This document shows positions 38,506 through 52,252 of a DNA stretch of 64,000 bases, one piece after another. The translations under genes and the position numbers were made by a program. Numbering within the stretch: the stretch's first letter is position 1; every line of letters begins with the position of its first letter. This stretch comes from Spongospora subterranea f. sp. subterranea (Eukaryota): the NCBI GenBank assembly GCA_049724395.1, contig JAUGWO010000106.1, positions 1 through 64,000 on the forward strand. The letters run 5' to 3'. The notes beneath the pieces are model-generated. The model saw only the letters and a list, made by a program, of their open reading frames with translations, ran no database searches and had not been told where the DNA came from.

Positions 38506-39504
38506 ATGGAAAACACAGACGATTCAGATCAGGAAGAAAGTGAGGAGGAGAGCGAAAAAGAAAGTGAGGACACAAATGAGGAAGAGAGCGAAAATGAAAG
38601 CACAGATAAAAGCAAAGACGGGAGCGAAAGTGAGGAGAGTAGTGATGAAGACGAAGATGGCGAAGACGGTGATAGCGACAGCAATGATGATGATGAGAAT
38701 ATCAAATCGCCAAGAAGCGTTGAGGATGAGATGAGTGCGATTTTACGAATATCCTGTATATCGTCCGATATGGATGCGGTTACTAACCATTTACGAGAAG
38801 TATTTCATGTGACCAAAGACGACATCAATAACGATTCTAGTGCGACTTTTTCAGAAACAGTAAATAGAGATGGTCCGACAAACAACATAGAAATCAACCG
38901 AGCTGAACCGAGGATACTATTCCCTGATCGTGTTCAAGGTCTTTATCGACTACAGGTATGTGGTGCAGAGAAACATGTGATATAAGACTGATACTCCAGG
39001 ACCATACCAGAACAACAGAAATGGAAGGAACAGGGTGGACAAGGGCGACTGGAGAGAGCAAAACGAGAGAGGGCACAGGAACGAGAGAGAGGACTTAGGC
39101 ATGATGATAGGAGAGGAATGAGGTTTGTGGACGAGGACTACAGAAGAGAGCAAGGCGGAATGGGAATGAATCATAACCTGTCTGATAGCAGGAATGAGAG
39201 GGGATTATGGCATGACGACAGGAGAGTGAGGAGTACAGTGGAGGAGGACCACAGGAGAGAGAGGAGTACAGTGGAGGAGGACCACAGGAGAGAACCAATA
39301 GGGAGAGAAATACACCATGACCTGTCTGGTAACAGGAATGAGAGGGGATTATGGCATGACGACAGGAGAGAGTTAATAGGGAGAGAAGTACACCATGACC
39401 TGTCTGGTAACAGGAATGAGCGGCTAGGCTCAAGTAGGGCACAGTCATGGACGATACCATGCAGGGATACAGACCAGGACCGCATATCCACCTTCATAAC
39501 GTGA
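38506..39504 (+). CDS. Low-complexity protein or pseudogene: acidic D/E/S tract followed by R/E/H/D repeats
   Basis: ORF 38506-38985 is acidic and ORF 39118-39504 has internal repeats. The junction between them was not resolved. Confidence 0.35.
39175..39420 (+). repeat. Composite in-frame tandem repeats
   Basis: gaggagtacagtggaggaggaccacaggag x2 (30-bp period), acctgtctg(a/g)ta(g/a)caggaatgag x3 and gagagggattatggcatgacgacaggagag x2. Confidence 0.85.
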
Positions 39505-39671
39505 CTGAGACAGGACGCCATCTGGAGGCTCGTGAAAACAACATCAGAGACGTGACACTGTAATCGGGCAATTTCGCAGGATTCATTTATGCACCTAATG
39601 ATCGATCATGAACTCTAACGATTCACAAGTTCACTGGACTATTGTGTCCAAAATCCACAATGTTTGTTGTA

Positions 39672-40820
39672 TTAAAACACCATCGTGTTTAGCATTAATC
39701 CCAGGTTTTGAATGATGTTGGACGACATCAGGTTGCTAACATTCGTCTCCAGGTGCTTTTTTGGATCGACCTTGCCTACATGAGCAATGGCAAGCTCCTC
39801 TTTTGACAACGTATCTTCTTCTTTCAACCACGCCGCATATGACTTGCTTAGACGTAATAACGACTAAAACAAAACATTGTTGAAACTTCAAGAGAGCAAA
39901 ATCGAATTTTGTTTGCTTGCCTTAACTGTTTCTTCATTGGACTGGCTATGCGAATCAAAAGGTTCTGTGCGCAGCCCATCCGCCCATTGTTTTTTGTGCA
40001 GATTCAAAAGCATTTTCTGTTCCAGCTCGTTCTTACTGTAGCTAATATTGATGGAATAATAGTGGCGGTTAAGATTATGAATCAAAGCTTGGATAGAGGG
40101 TTTGTTTAAAAAACCAAGGTTTGACGTGGTCTGACGCGGTTCTATTGATAAAGGAAAATACATCAAAAAAAAACTAGCATGCTAAAACGAAGCTGAAAAT
40201 TTAACCTTGGCCCAACATCATTAACTGGGGATTAATCAGTCTAAAAGCGTCAATTACAACTTTTCCTTTAACCGACTGGATTGGATCTACAACAATCGAG
40301 ACGGCACGCTTATTGAGCGCCTCAAAAGATTGCTGGGTATTGATATCGACACCTGCGCTGATTGGTCAGGAGAAGTAAATCACGAACGCTAAACCAGACC
40401 GGAAAGCCAGCAGCCAAATCCTGGATGACTGTGATACCAGCCTACGACCATTTCTGGTCTAGCTGTTTGCTTCAGCATTTCAAGCATGTTCGTCTGAAAT
40501 ACAGGGTCTACAGCTTCGACAGAAACACCCGTCCCGCTGTAAAAATACCATTGTAGCACAGGAATATGAACAATTAAACACCCCTACCTTTGAGGCATGG
40601 CAAATACATCGACAACTCTGACCGTGTAATCGTCAACGAACTCGCCAAGCATTAAGCCCATAACTTCCATAGGAACCCCAGCACGCCCATGCTTCAGCAT
40701 TTTCAACAGAGCGAGTGACGAAATATAGGTTATTTCACTTGTATCAGCCACTGGTTGATCTGTTCCCGGCCCGCCCATGCCGGCGGAAGGTCCTGCAAAC
40801 ATCTGCTGCATTCTGTTCAT
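39672..40820 (-). CDS. RPN11: 26S proteasome deubiquitinase subunit Rpn11/PSMD14, multi-exon
   Basis: [59 protein letters not shown] and [17 protein letters not shown]. Confidence 0.98.
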
Positions 40821-41208
40821 ATGCTATTATGTGCTTGACTTTGGCCAAACAACTCACATTTAGTATTCACTGTTACTGTATCTATGGTCACTCGAACAGC
40901 GGTGCGCAGCCAGCCCACCAGTCTAATAAGGGGCTGCACTGGAACGTACCTGGTCTGGCTCTGGTCAGTGATTGCCATTCTGAATAATGGCTGGCCAGGT
41001 TGGCCTTTGCCCAAGCCTTTTTTGATATTTTTGATTTCCATCTAATCGCAACGGTAGGAGATAGTCCAGACCATTTCGAACGCATGTAATGTCGTATTCT
41101 CAGCCAGAACTGTGGAAGACGATTGGCGTGTTAGTGAGGCTTTGGCAGAAGGATTGTGGTGAATTCTCTGTCAGTATTAGTTGTTGCTGTATGGCCGTGT
41201 GTATGCCA

Positions 41209-41453
41209 TGTAGCGATATGTTGCGTTAGGAGCGAGAGATGGAGTAGGAGCCTAGGGTAGTTGTTTATAATAATCAAAACTTTATGATAACACTAGGTCT
41301 TAATCAAGGCGAGTCCAAGTTGATGTGGAATTGATCCAAATTATTATCGGCGATGTAATTAAGACCTAGTGTTATTATAAAGTTTTGATTATTATAGACA
41401 ACTACCCTAGGCTCCTACTCCATCTCTCGCACCTAACGCAACATATCGCTACA
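41209..41453. repeat. Near-perfect inverted repeat, ~96-bp arms and ~53-nt spacer
   Basis: tgtagcgatatg...ctaggtcttaat versus attaagacctag...catatcgctaca, with about 3 mismatches. Confidence 0.95.
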
Positions 41454-41481
41454 CATAGTCAAAACTTTATAATAGCACTAG

Positions 41482-41632
41482 GCCTTGATTTCATGACTCA
41501 ATCGCCTTGATTTCATGACTCAATCGCCTTGATTTCATGACTCAATCGCCTTGATTTCATGACTCAATCGCCTTGATTTCATGACTCAATCGCCTTGATT
41601 TCATGACTCAATCGCCTTGATTTCATGACTCA
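41482..41632 (+). repeat. Perfect 22-bp tandem array, 7 units (gccttgatttcatgactcaatc)
   Basis: Units start at 41482, 41504, 41526, 41548, 41570, 41592 and 41614 (the last is partial). Confidence 0.97.
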
Positions 41633-42273
41633 TGTCCCTAAACCGAGTGGTGTCACCACACACCCCCCTTAGTCCGGCCGAGTGGTGTCACCACAGCCAA
41701 ATGATGAAACCAGGGTTAAATGCAACGCCAAGTATTATTGGGAACGACCGACTATTCCATTCCGCTACACACATAGACAAAATGAATTTGTCAAGCATAT
41801 CGACACTGACAGAGAATTCACCACAATTTTTCTGCCGAAAGTCTGAAACTTGACACTGGCAGTCCAATCGTGGGACAGTCGTTTGGTCATATTTTGAGAA
41901 TGGTATAATTTCGACTCCAAGAATTGCAGGAACTTGGCGTTAGACTTCCTGGTCTGTGTTACTTGCCATCGGAGGACTTAACGATTCTTTTACCCCGAAT
42001 CGCATTTTCCAACGATCAGCCTGTACTTATTCATCGTGGATAGTTTTGCGGCATAAACATGAGAGAAAACGAAAAACTATGCGAATAACATCACTAATGC
42101 CAAGTCGCACGTGGACCATGGCTAAGCCAGTTTAACAATCACTATGTATGAGAATAAAAATCTCTACAATGTCGCTAAAAACAATGATAGATGCTAAATT
42201 CAACAACAAGGCAAAGGCCATGCAGTCGTGAGAATTGTATCACGGCTATAAGCCAGTCGTCAGACCTATAGCA

Positions 42274-43634
<1,361 letters not shown>

Positions 43635-44476
43635 TGCGTCAGATATTCCTGCACCGAAAACACATTCCAACTCAGATGATGTTTAACAGGTTAAGCATTG
43701 GGATACAAGAAGTAGAGCAAATTGACTTGAATGCAGCACTCGAGCGTTTGTTCAGGAGTTCAAAGTCGGAGAAGAGATTTGATATTCTGAGAACAACCGA
43801 ACCTTAAACCACGGGCATAACCTTGGCGTGATTGACGATTTGTTATGTGAACAGGGCACGTAAACCTTGAATAGAAATGGATCGATGGTATCGGTATATT
43901 ATCTAACGATATCAGGATCCAGGATATGGTGATGAGGGATACACAAGATACAGGGTGTACACAGCCGGGTCACAGGTACACAGGCACCCACACCGCATGA
44001 CGTGCACATACGTACACACATGACTGCGGGGAGTGAAACTCCGCTCGACTGGACTGATCGAGGCGCCGGGCCATGCTCTCGACACGACAACAACGCTTAA
44101 GGGTTTCCGCACATCTTTTGCTTGCCTGCGGTCGGCGGACTGGCGATGGTCCCTCAACATGCAAACAAGAAATGTGGTGTCGTCTGAATGCATCCATTAC
44201 AAGCTCGCTCTGCTGTAATTCTTTGTCGTTCCAGCGGTCGATGGTTCCTCTCGCCACTCCAGAGCCAAAATTTTTACGAAACTAGTGTTTTCCTCCAAAT
44301 TCATGCAAAAATTTGGTCTAAAATTTGAGCAGATAACAAAAATGGAGTTTTATACCGTTCGAATACACAGTTTTTATGAGTCACAGACTTGCAGATATTT
44401 TTATCAATTGGGTGACCCTGATGAGACGATATCTCCATGAGGTATCCCATACTCTACATAATTATTTCCAACGACA

Positions 44477-45126
44477 ATGGATTGTGATATTATCCTCATT
44501 GATGAGCTCCTGGACGATGATGAATGGATGTTGTTGGCCATAGAGTCCGATTCCGATTCCGAGTCTGATAGCTCCTCGGACGAGGAGCAACAAGTTTCCA
44601 GGGGTGGATCGATAGTTGGGCGTTCCGCAACCATCAATTGTGGCATCGCAGAAGGTTTACAATCGCATCCAAAATGAAACAATTTGCCAATTTCTTTCGG
44701 ATCCAAGCGCATCTTCGAATGCGATGAGTCTGATCCACAGATCCAACATCTTGTGGACGCTGTCGTGTGGATCAGACTCATCGCATTCGAAGATGCGCTT
44801 GGATCCGGATCAAATTGTTCCATTTTGGATGCGATTGTAAAATTCTCCAGCAATCCACGAAAGAGAAAGCCTCCTTCTGTACAGAGGCATACATGGTTTC
44901 GGCATCCACCAAAAACGTCTTCGTCGGTTTTGCCACTTTGATTCAGAAGTTCGACCTGCCGGTAAAACCCACAAAACTTCTGAACAGAATGCTGGATCTT
45001 GCACCATTGGCTTTTAAATCGCCTGTACTGACCGCTCGGGGGCGTTCTCTTCAGGCAAACTGCTCCAGTTTGTCTGGATTTTGGACCAGAACCCCTGAGA
45101 CTTTTGCTCGTTTCCGTGGATTGCAT
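44477..45126. mobile_element. Internally deleted PIF/Harbinger element: transposase N-terminus (+) convergent with Myb/NAM-associated ORF (-)
   Basis: The plus strand reads an acidic N-terminus then RGGSIVGRSATIN. The minus strand reads WCKIQHSVQKFCGFYRQVELLNQSGKTDEDV and, after a frameshift, FSFVDCWRILQSHPKW. TIRs were not identified. Confidence 0.7.
44656..44841. repeat. Hairpin at the Harbinger deletion junction
   Basis: Arms at 44656-44739 and 44766-44841, including a perfect 42-bp stem. Confidence 0.95.
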
Positions 45127-47215
45127 CCTCTGAAACCGAGACCCACGCGCGGGCGAGCGCAGTGCTTTCGGGGCGGGTTCAGCCTTTCCCCATTAGAAAA
45201 TACTTGGAACAAAAAAAGATATTAATCAATCAATACGTGTATTGTGACAGCTGAACGCAATCAACATTCGTTTACACCGACGCGGCCTCCAGTTCTTAAA
45301 AGGGTTCGACTTACAAACTTCCCCCCCCCCCCCAGGTTTTAAATATAATAGGAATACACCTCCCGTTGGGTCAACTTTATGACTGACTGCAGTTGTAAAA
45401 TTAAGATAAGAACTACCGGTGGGGATGCTCTTATGACATTTGAACTTCCTTTTTGTTTCTTTTCGCTCCTAGTTTTATTTCTTCTGTTCTAACTACTGTT
45501 TGTGGTACCGGGCTGGAGCAGAGTTTGGTTCATCATCAGTGGCCGTTGATCAAGTCTTCATTCGATATCAAAATTTTTTCACCTATTTCATTGCAGATTC
45601 GTCATGGAGTCAAGATCGCCAACTCGTCAACCCTTTGCGCGTAACTGACCTCTACAGACGAACGATTATCAATCACTCTATACCTTGTCTCCACTAGGTC
45701 AACAAATCTTGATATATGAAATCGAACGATTTGTGCCGCCATCCATCAAATCCCATTTGTGCTATTGAGACCTCGGACTGACCGCTCAAAACGTTCGTTT
45801 TTGATATATAAACAATTGTTTCGGCCCAGTTCTGCCAATGCATAGTGAATGATACTTACCGATTAAAACCTTACCTTTTCGGTTGACAAAAAATTTGCAT
45901 CTGGAATGGAAACCACAAACACGAAGAAATGATTCTCACACTTGAATTGACGTGTATTATGCAAATGTTTTGCTGATGTGGCGATCTCAAAACAAAACAA
46001 TTCATCTATTGGGGTCAGCGAACCGTAAAGAACAACAAAAACCAAGAATAGAGGAATATAAGACTTGCGGAATTTTGGTGTTGGGGAAATACTTCATTGT
46101 AATGAGGATCTTCTGTTGAAAAAAAATGCCGCATGTAAGTTGGTCGCGTAGATAAGTATCTCTGGTAGATCCAGGTCCCTCTACCAAAAGAAATTAGGAC
46201 ACGAATTTAGACGACAACACTGCGAGCCAATTACAGATATAACCCGCATAATCAGACCATTCATGATTGATTCCAGAATTTATGGGGGATTAGTGTAGGG
46301 GTCATCACGCATTGTTCGCAACGATGAGGTCGGGGTTTCGAATACCCCATTCTCCATTTTTTTCCCCGCATAATCGGATTATTGTTTGAACTTGTCTAGC
46401 TTTGTTTTGTTTGTGCTGCGCAATTGTTGACGTTCCGAAATAACGCTGCCATTAGCACGTCTTTTTCTTTTGTTAGGCTTAAACTCCATCACATCAAATC
46501 AGATCTTCAACCGATTAGCCAGAGCGCATCGGACCAGAGCTTCGCGTCCAAATTGATCTCATCACTACACCGTAACAAAATACAAAATTGAGCGATGTGG
46601 CCACATCCCGAGCTACATGCTTTGCATTCGGAGAATGTTTTGTTGTAACTAGACTCGAGGAGGCTATAGAAAGGCTCTGACGACATGCTTCCCATGATTC
46701 CAAAAGCAACGAAGCGATAAACGAAATAACAAGGGAGACACCAAATTTTAGCGAGTACCTAAACAGGCCGATTATGTGTTTTGTGTGGGCACTCAGATTG
46801 GTTAATGGATTTCAAAATTATAGGATATAGATTAAGAATAACTCTGAAATCAGGTGTTTCATGATAACTACAGCTCAGCAAAAAAAATCGAAGTCCCCAA
46901 TACCAATGTTGTTAAAACGTTGCCCGAAACCGATTCTATGTGGACTCTCAGGGTGGTTGATGGCTACTGGATTAGACGGTAGTTTAGATCCAGAATAAAT
47001 GAAAGTTAGACCGTATATATCATGTGCGCCATGATGACTACAGCTATCGTTCAGTTGAGCATAGACAACTTTCCCGTCACTGATACCAAATCATGTTGAC
47101 GCGTTGTCCGATTAACACCGCCAGGGATCCTAACAACGGATTCGGATGGTGGAAATATATACCGCAACAGTTTAAAGAGCACATGTAATTCAACTGATAT
47201 TGTATTTGCAGGGAT

Positions 47216-47498
47216 TTATTTCTTGATCTCTGTCTTCTTGAGGCCAGGGGGAAGAGACTGTGTCAGCTTGTCGGCTTTCTGCAGGTCGGTCACGACCAGA
47301 GTATACAGAAAGCGACTGCAGCGGATCTTGAATTTGACCTGATCCTTGACGCGCTTGATTACAACACCGCGAGCATCAGGACGGTGGGTCTTCTGCAAGA
47401 AATCGCGGATATCCTTGATTTGCTTCGGCTATATAGCAGGAAAATCACGAAGGTCAGCGAATTCTCACATCCATCAAATCACAACGATCACTCACCAT
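47216..47498 (-). CDS. RPL38: 60S ribosomal protein L38 (eL38)
   Basis: ATG-only first coding exon (47498-47496), intron 47495-47429, then [11 protein letters not shown]...[31 protein letters not shown]. Confidence 0.97.
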
Positions 47499-48373
47499 AG
47501 CTGACGAATCTGACGAGAGCACCAAATGGCAAGTCCGTGACGGACTCCGTTCCCAAATCCGGAAGTATATCTGACGGCGTTAATATTAAACAGCTTAATC
47601 TAATAGAAAAACATTTGGCATTTCAGTCAAGCAATAATACAACTACCACTTGAGAGTCTGCTTTCAGCCAGGCCTTCGCAATAGGATGTAAAAGATCACC
47701 TTGTATAGGAAACAGGTCGACGCATTAGAAATCTTGCCACCATTCCAGTTCGGGATAAACTGGAGCATTCGCTGATATTTGTTTTGATGCAAGCGATTTT
47801 TCGGTTTGGTCATTCTCAATCTTGAGAACTGTAATGACAAATCATTATCAATGTTGATACGATGTTGGTTCCACAGTATTTTCGATGATGGGGTGGCTCC
47901 GGTCCCTTGGCGTAACTATGCCTGAATGAAGTGGATCAAACCAGAAAACGATGTTTTGTAGTTTTTCTGATTATTGAATTTCATGGCATTCAAACCGATA
48001 TAGATTTGATGTAAATAGTGGTCAAGACCAACTACTACCTTGGAGAAAAGAATGACGACCTTTTTGGAGAAAATGAAGGTGGGGTTTTACGCAAAATTGC
48101 AAGGCGAAGCTCGTTGTAACTTTATGGGCACTTCCGCAAAACCAATTTCGTTGTGAACATTTTTGTTTGTGGTTGCTTGATCCAGGAGCTTCCCGCATAA
48201 ACAAAAATAACGCATTGATAGAAACGGCTGAGCCTCAAGCAAATAATTATTTGTCCACTAATTGAGAATACAATAACTTGACAGTTTTATCACAAATTTG
48301 ACCGATAACGAGAATACAATCGCTTAACCGTCTTTACCATAACCTTAACCGACTACAGTGGCTCGCCAACGCT

Positions 48374-49673
48374 TCATCCGGTCTTTACGCGCGCCTTTGC
48401 ATTGTTTAGATGGAGCAAACGATGATACCTGAAAACCCTAACCTTGAAATCGTCGATAGTGAGCCTTAATCCCCGCTCAAGAGGGACAGTAGGGCTCCAG
48501 CCTAGAGACTTGATAGCTCGGGAAATATCAGGCTGCCTTCGAGTAGGATCGTCACTGGGAAGCGGTTGATAGATCACCTTGACGTTGGGATTTACCATGG
48601 ACTGCACTTTCTCAGCCAACTCTTTGATCGTATATTCACCAGGGTTGCCTAAGCACAACCATAATTCGATAATTGAATACAGCCATCAACATAAAATGTA
48701 CCCAGATTAACTGGACCGATATCATTTCCTGCCATTAGTGCAATCAATCCCGACACCAGATCATCAACGTAACAGAATGATCGTGATTGTGAGCCATCAC
48801 CATACACGGTAAGTGGGATTCCTTTCAAAGCTTGTACAATAAAATTGGAAACCACACGTCCATCATTCTCAAGCATACGTGGGCCATATGTATTGAAAAT
48901 TCGAGCCACTACATGACCGAATTTGAAAACGAAACAAAAAAACATTGAAGATTGTTATACCGCGAATATCCGTTTGATGAAGTCGGTGATATTCAAAGCA
49001 GATTGTTTCGGAAATTCGTTTTCCTTCATCATAGCACGACCTGATTCCGATAGTATTAACATTGCCAAAATAGGATTCAACCTGGGGATGAACATGAGGA
49101 TCACCATATATTTCAGACGTCGACGCTAGCAGAATCCTGGCCTACAAACTGGAATGATTAGTATGCCCTAATTCGTCAATACATGTTTGTACATTAACAC
49201 GCTTGGCAAGACCACACATGTTCATAGTTCCTTGAAAGGCTGTCTTTACAGTTTTGATTGGGTTGTACTGATAGAAGACAGGTGATGCTGGACACGCCAA
49301 ATGGTAAATCTGATCAACCTTCATGGAGTCAATAGTCGGCAGACCCGGAGACCCTTTTTAACAGTACTTCTAGTGTTAGAGGAAAACAGACATCGTGACG
49401 AATGAATTCGAATCGTGGATTGCCGAACCATTTGGTCAGGTTGCGCTTATCACCGGAAAAACAGTTATCCACAGCGATAACTTCGTTATTTGGGTCTTCC
49501 ATAAGCCTATCCGTCTGAAATATCAAATGGGTAAATGTTTCTAGTTGCCATTGAATATGCCGTACGAGATGGGATCCGATAAACCCGCACGCTCCTGTAA
49601 TCAAGATCCTATTGGTGGACCGCCCCGTATCGCCAACATTCCTGATGGGAACCGGTTCCGTATAGCCTGTCAT
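48374..49673 (-). CDS. UXS1: UDP-glucuronate decarboxylase (UDP-xylose synthase), multi-exon
   Basis: [69 protein letters not shown] and [10 protein letters not shown]. Confidence 0.96.
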
Positions 49674-50289
49674 ATTAATCGATCTGCTATTCCCGTCACG
49701 ATCGATCAAGTTGATTCTGAGAACTTCTTATCGAGCTGGGGTCGCACACAGTGTATCACTAAGACAATACACCGAGTAACGTGCATGCACGGTGCACTCC
49801 GGAATTGAACCACTGGGCAAGTGTCACCCAGGATACACCTACGTGTACCCGGTTGTTGGCAGAAAATCGGGCACATTTTGCGTGCGGCGAAGCTGCCAGG
49901 CATCTGTGTTGCACGAGCTTCTAGAGTACAGTTCGAGAAATAAATAATCGAATTCGAGGCATCACATGAGAATCAGCAATTATGAGTGGGGATTTTATAT
50001 TTAATTCGGTCTGTAGATAACGGCTGGGAAACGACGTGAACAATATCAAAACCGCAATGATAAATCATGGGGCTTCGGGCGCCAGACGACTCGGCATGGC
50101 TTCGATCTGGTGGTTGGCCTCATCAATGGCCTTGATCTTGTTGCCAAACTACTCGCAATTGCGAGACTCCCGATGACGGCATCGAGGTGGCCAGCAGCGC
50201 GTCACGCTCTCCCACACAGCAGGATATCGCCAGGTAACTCTTTGACCTCCACTGAGGGAAAGCCTTCGTAAGAATGTCGGCAGCCATCT

Positions 50290-51000
50290 TCACGATCGGG
50301 CAGAGGCCAGCTCCACGCTCTCGTATGGATCGCTCCCCGAACTTATGGTAGGCCCGTCAACATGCTTGGTTCGCTTCCCAAACTTGGCGTTTGTCGCCAG
50401 CATCATAATAGCCTCATCAATCTTGGTGTGCCCATCTTCACGTTTTCTTCTAGTAGTCGTCGTAGGCAATCGCGCGAGACAGCGCTCAATGCGAGCCACC
50501 GTTGTGGACGTATCTTTGCACTTTTGGTGCCTACTCGACCAGATTATTGTGCGTCGGTTCAGAGGAAACTCAGAACTCGAATCCCCGATGCAGATCGTCT
50601 TAACTCTGTACTTCCTATCTGCGACCACGTTGCCCGTCGGCTCAGCCTTGACGCGACGTCTTCATCGATTCGGAGGTCCTGTGGCGTTCGCTCCGTCCTG
50701 TTTGGCGGATAGGACGAAGCCTGACCTGGTGCATGCAGTGGCGATGGTTTTTAGACTAACAGACTTATGGTCTTGTTAAAACGGTCAAGCGACTGTGGGA
50801 CCATCAACACCGGCATGTCGGGGGTTCTGGCGGCAAGGCCGAGTTGGTGGGCTACGTGGAAACACATTACGACGGACGTACAGAGTCAAGACGATTGACA
50901 TCGGGATTCGTGTTCCTACTCAATGGAGGAGCAATAAGCTGGTTGAGCCGGCGCCAAGTGGGTATCGCCCTGTCAACAACGGAGGCTGAGTACTGCACAT
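50290..51000. mobile_element. Two head-to-head Copia RT/RNase H relics
   Basis: Plus strand: TKPDLVHAV and GFVFLLNGGAISWLSRRQVGIALSTTEAEY. Minus strand: TIIWSSRHQKCKDTSTTVA and NAKFGKRTKHVD. Confidence 0.8.
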
Positions 51001-51303
51001 CGACAGTGCTGTATCTTCCTTTACTGAGGTGAAATAGCATTATTTGTATGGTGACTCTCTAATGTCCCTCTTCTAAGTTGATGGCACAATCCACTCCGGA
51101 CCTGTGAGGAGGTAGGGCTTCCGCTCCTTTCTTGGAAAACACATCTATACGTCGAGTATTTTTGGAACAAATCTTGATCTGACCATCTTACGTGTCACAG
51201 GTTTTACCAGTTTGCAATTTTTCCGGATTATTTGGCTTCTCATTGTCGTCTTTGCTCAGTTTGATTCTGGCATCTGGCAGACGAGAGCGATATATAATAG
51301 AGG

Positions 51304-51711
51304 ATGAATAGTCGCCATCTCAATAGGTTTCTGGAATTGGAAACGTCTGTGCTTGCGAGCAGATGGGACACATTGACATCAGAAATGGTCAACCAAGATT
51401 TGGTCGAAAGATATTCCAAGTATTTGTTTGAGCTCCCGTTGATCAACAAAATTCAAAGTGCATGCCTATATTGCTTATGAGTCCTCAGCAGTAAACCAGG
51501 TTTATAGGCATGCGCGCATTGGATCAACTCAGGAACCTTTCTGTGACCCAACAGTACAAGGAAGCTGCGCAAACTATCGCCAAGCAACGTGATCAACAGC
51601 TTGTGTAGTCGTGGTGAAATGATGTGCAACATGCAGGCGAAAAGAATGCTTGCCGACAACTGGGTTCACGTTCTACCTCAAATTGACGCGATTAAAGAAT
51701 CAGATCTTTAA
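51304..51711 (+). CDS. Hypothetical small helical protein, probably spliced
   Basis: Exon-like pieces MNSRHLNRFLELE...LINKIQ, MRALDQLRNLSVTQQYKEAAQ... and AKRMLADNWVH...ESDL*, separated by ~35-55 nt gaps with GT/AG ends. Confidence 0.3.
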
Positions 51712-52252
51712 ATTTCAAGCGACGCTATGAAGCTGACCTCATGTTATCACCTTGGATTAAACATGAGTCCAAACGAGCGCATCTGTCCCGTATACGAAAG
51801 AGGTGAAAGTATCGGCAATGATCCCAAACTTCGAAATGTGATGATAATACGAAATTCAACGGCTTTCTTAAAAATAACACATCAACAGTCGTTCCTTGCA
51901 AGCGAGAGCAAGGTCGATTTGACATTGAGACTAGGTTTCGAGTATTGAAAATGGATTCAGAAAGGCATTATTGGTTACGTCTACAAATCGGACGACTTGT
52001 TTGTCTCAATACGAACTCACATTGGTCATATTGAGCGTTTTCGTGCTCGTAGAGAAGTCGTTGGTCGTTAATGTGGTAGAAGAGTGGTAGTGTGCAGCCC
52101 ACCATGTGAGTGGTGTCGATTGCAACTGTGCGTGATGTGGTGTGGTTTGGGGTGAAGGGGGATGCGCTGGCTGGGGTTCATGATCAGATGGGAAGTGCGA
52201 CTCAGATTGACAGGATCATCGCTCGCCGGATCGCGCTGTGAACGCCATTGCC

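Larger units (their letters stand above)
41119..41871. mobile_element. Non-coding foldback/MITE-like composite element
   Basis: Outer imperfect inverted repeats (41119-41175 and 41805-41871, core attgtggtgaattctctgtcagt), an inner ~96-bp-arm palindrome and a 22-bp tandem array. Confidence 0.65.

Noticed and set aside
41482..41632. CRISPR-like array
   Set aside because: The units are contiguous and identical with no spacers, there are no cas genes, and the context is eukaryotic.
43900..44260. Possible Copia 3' end and LTR
   Set aside because: Only faint motif echoes, with no PPT, TG...CA pair or TSD established.
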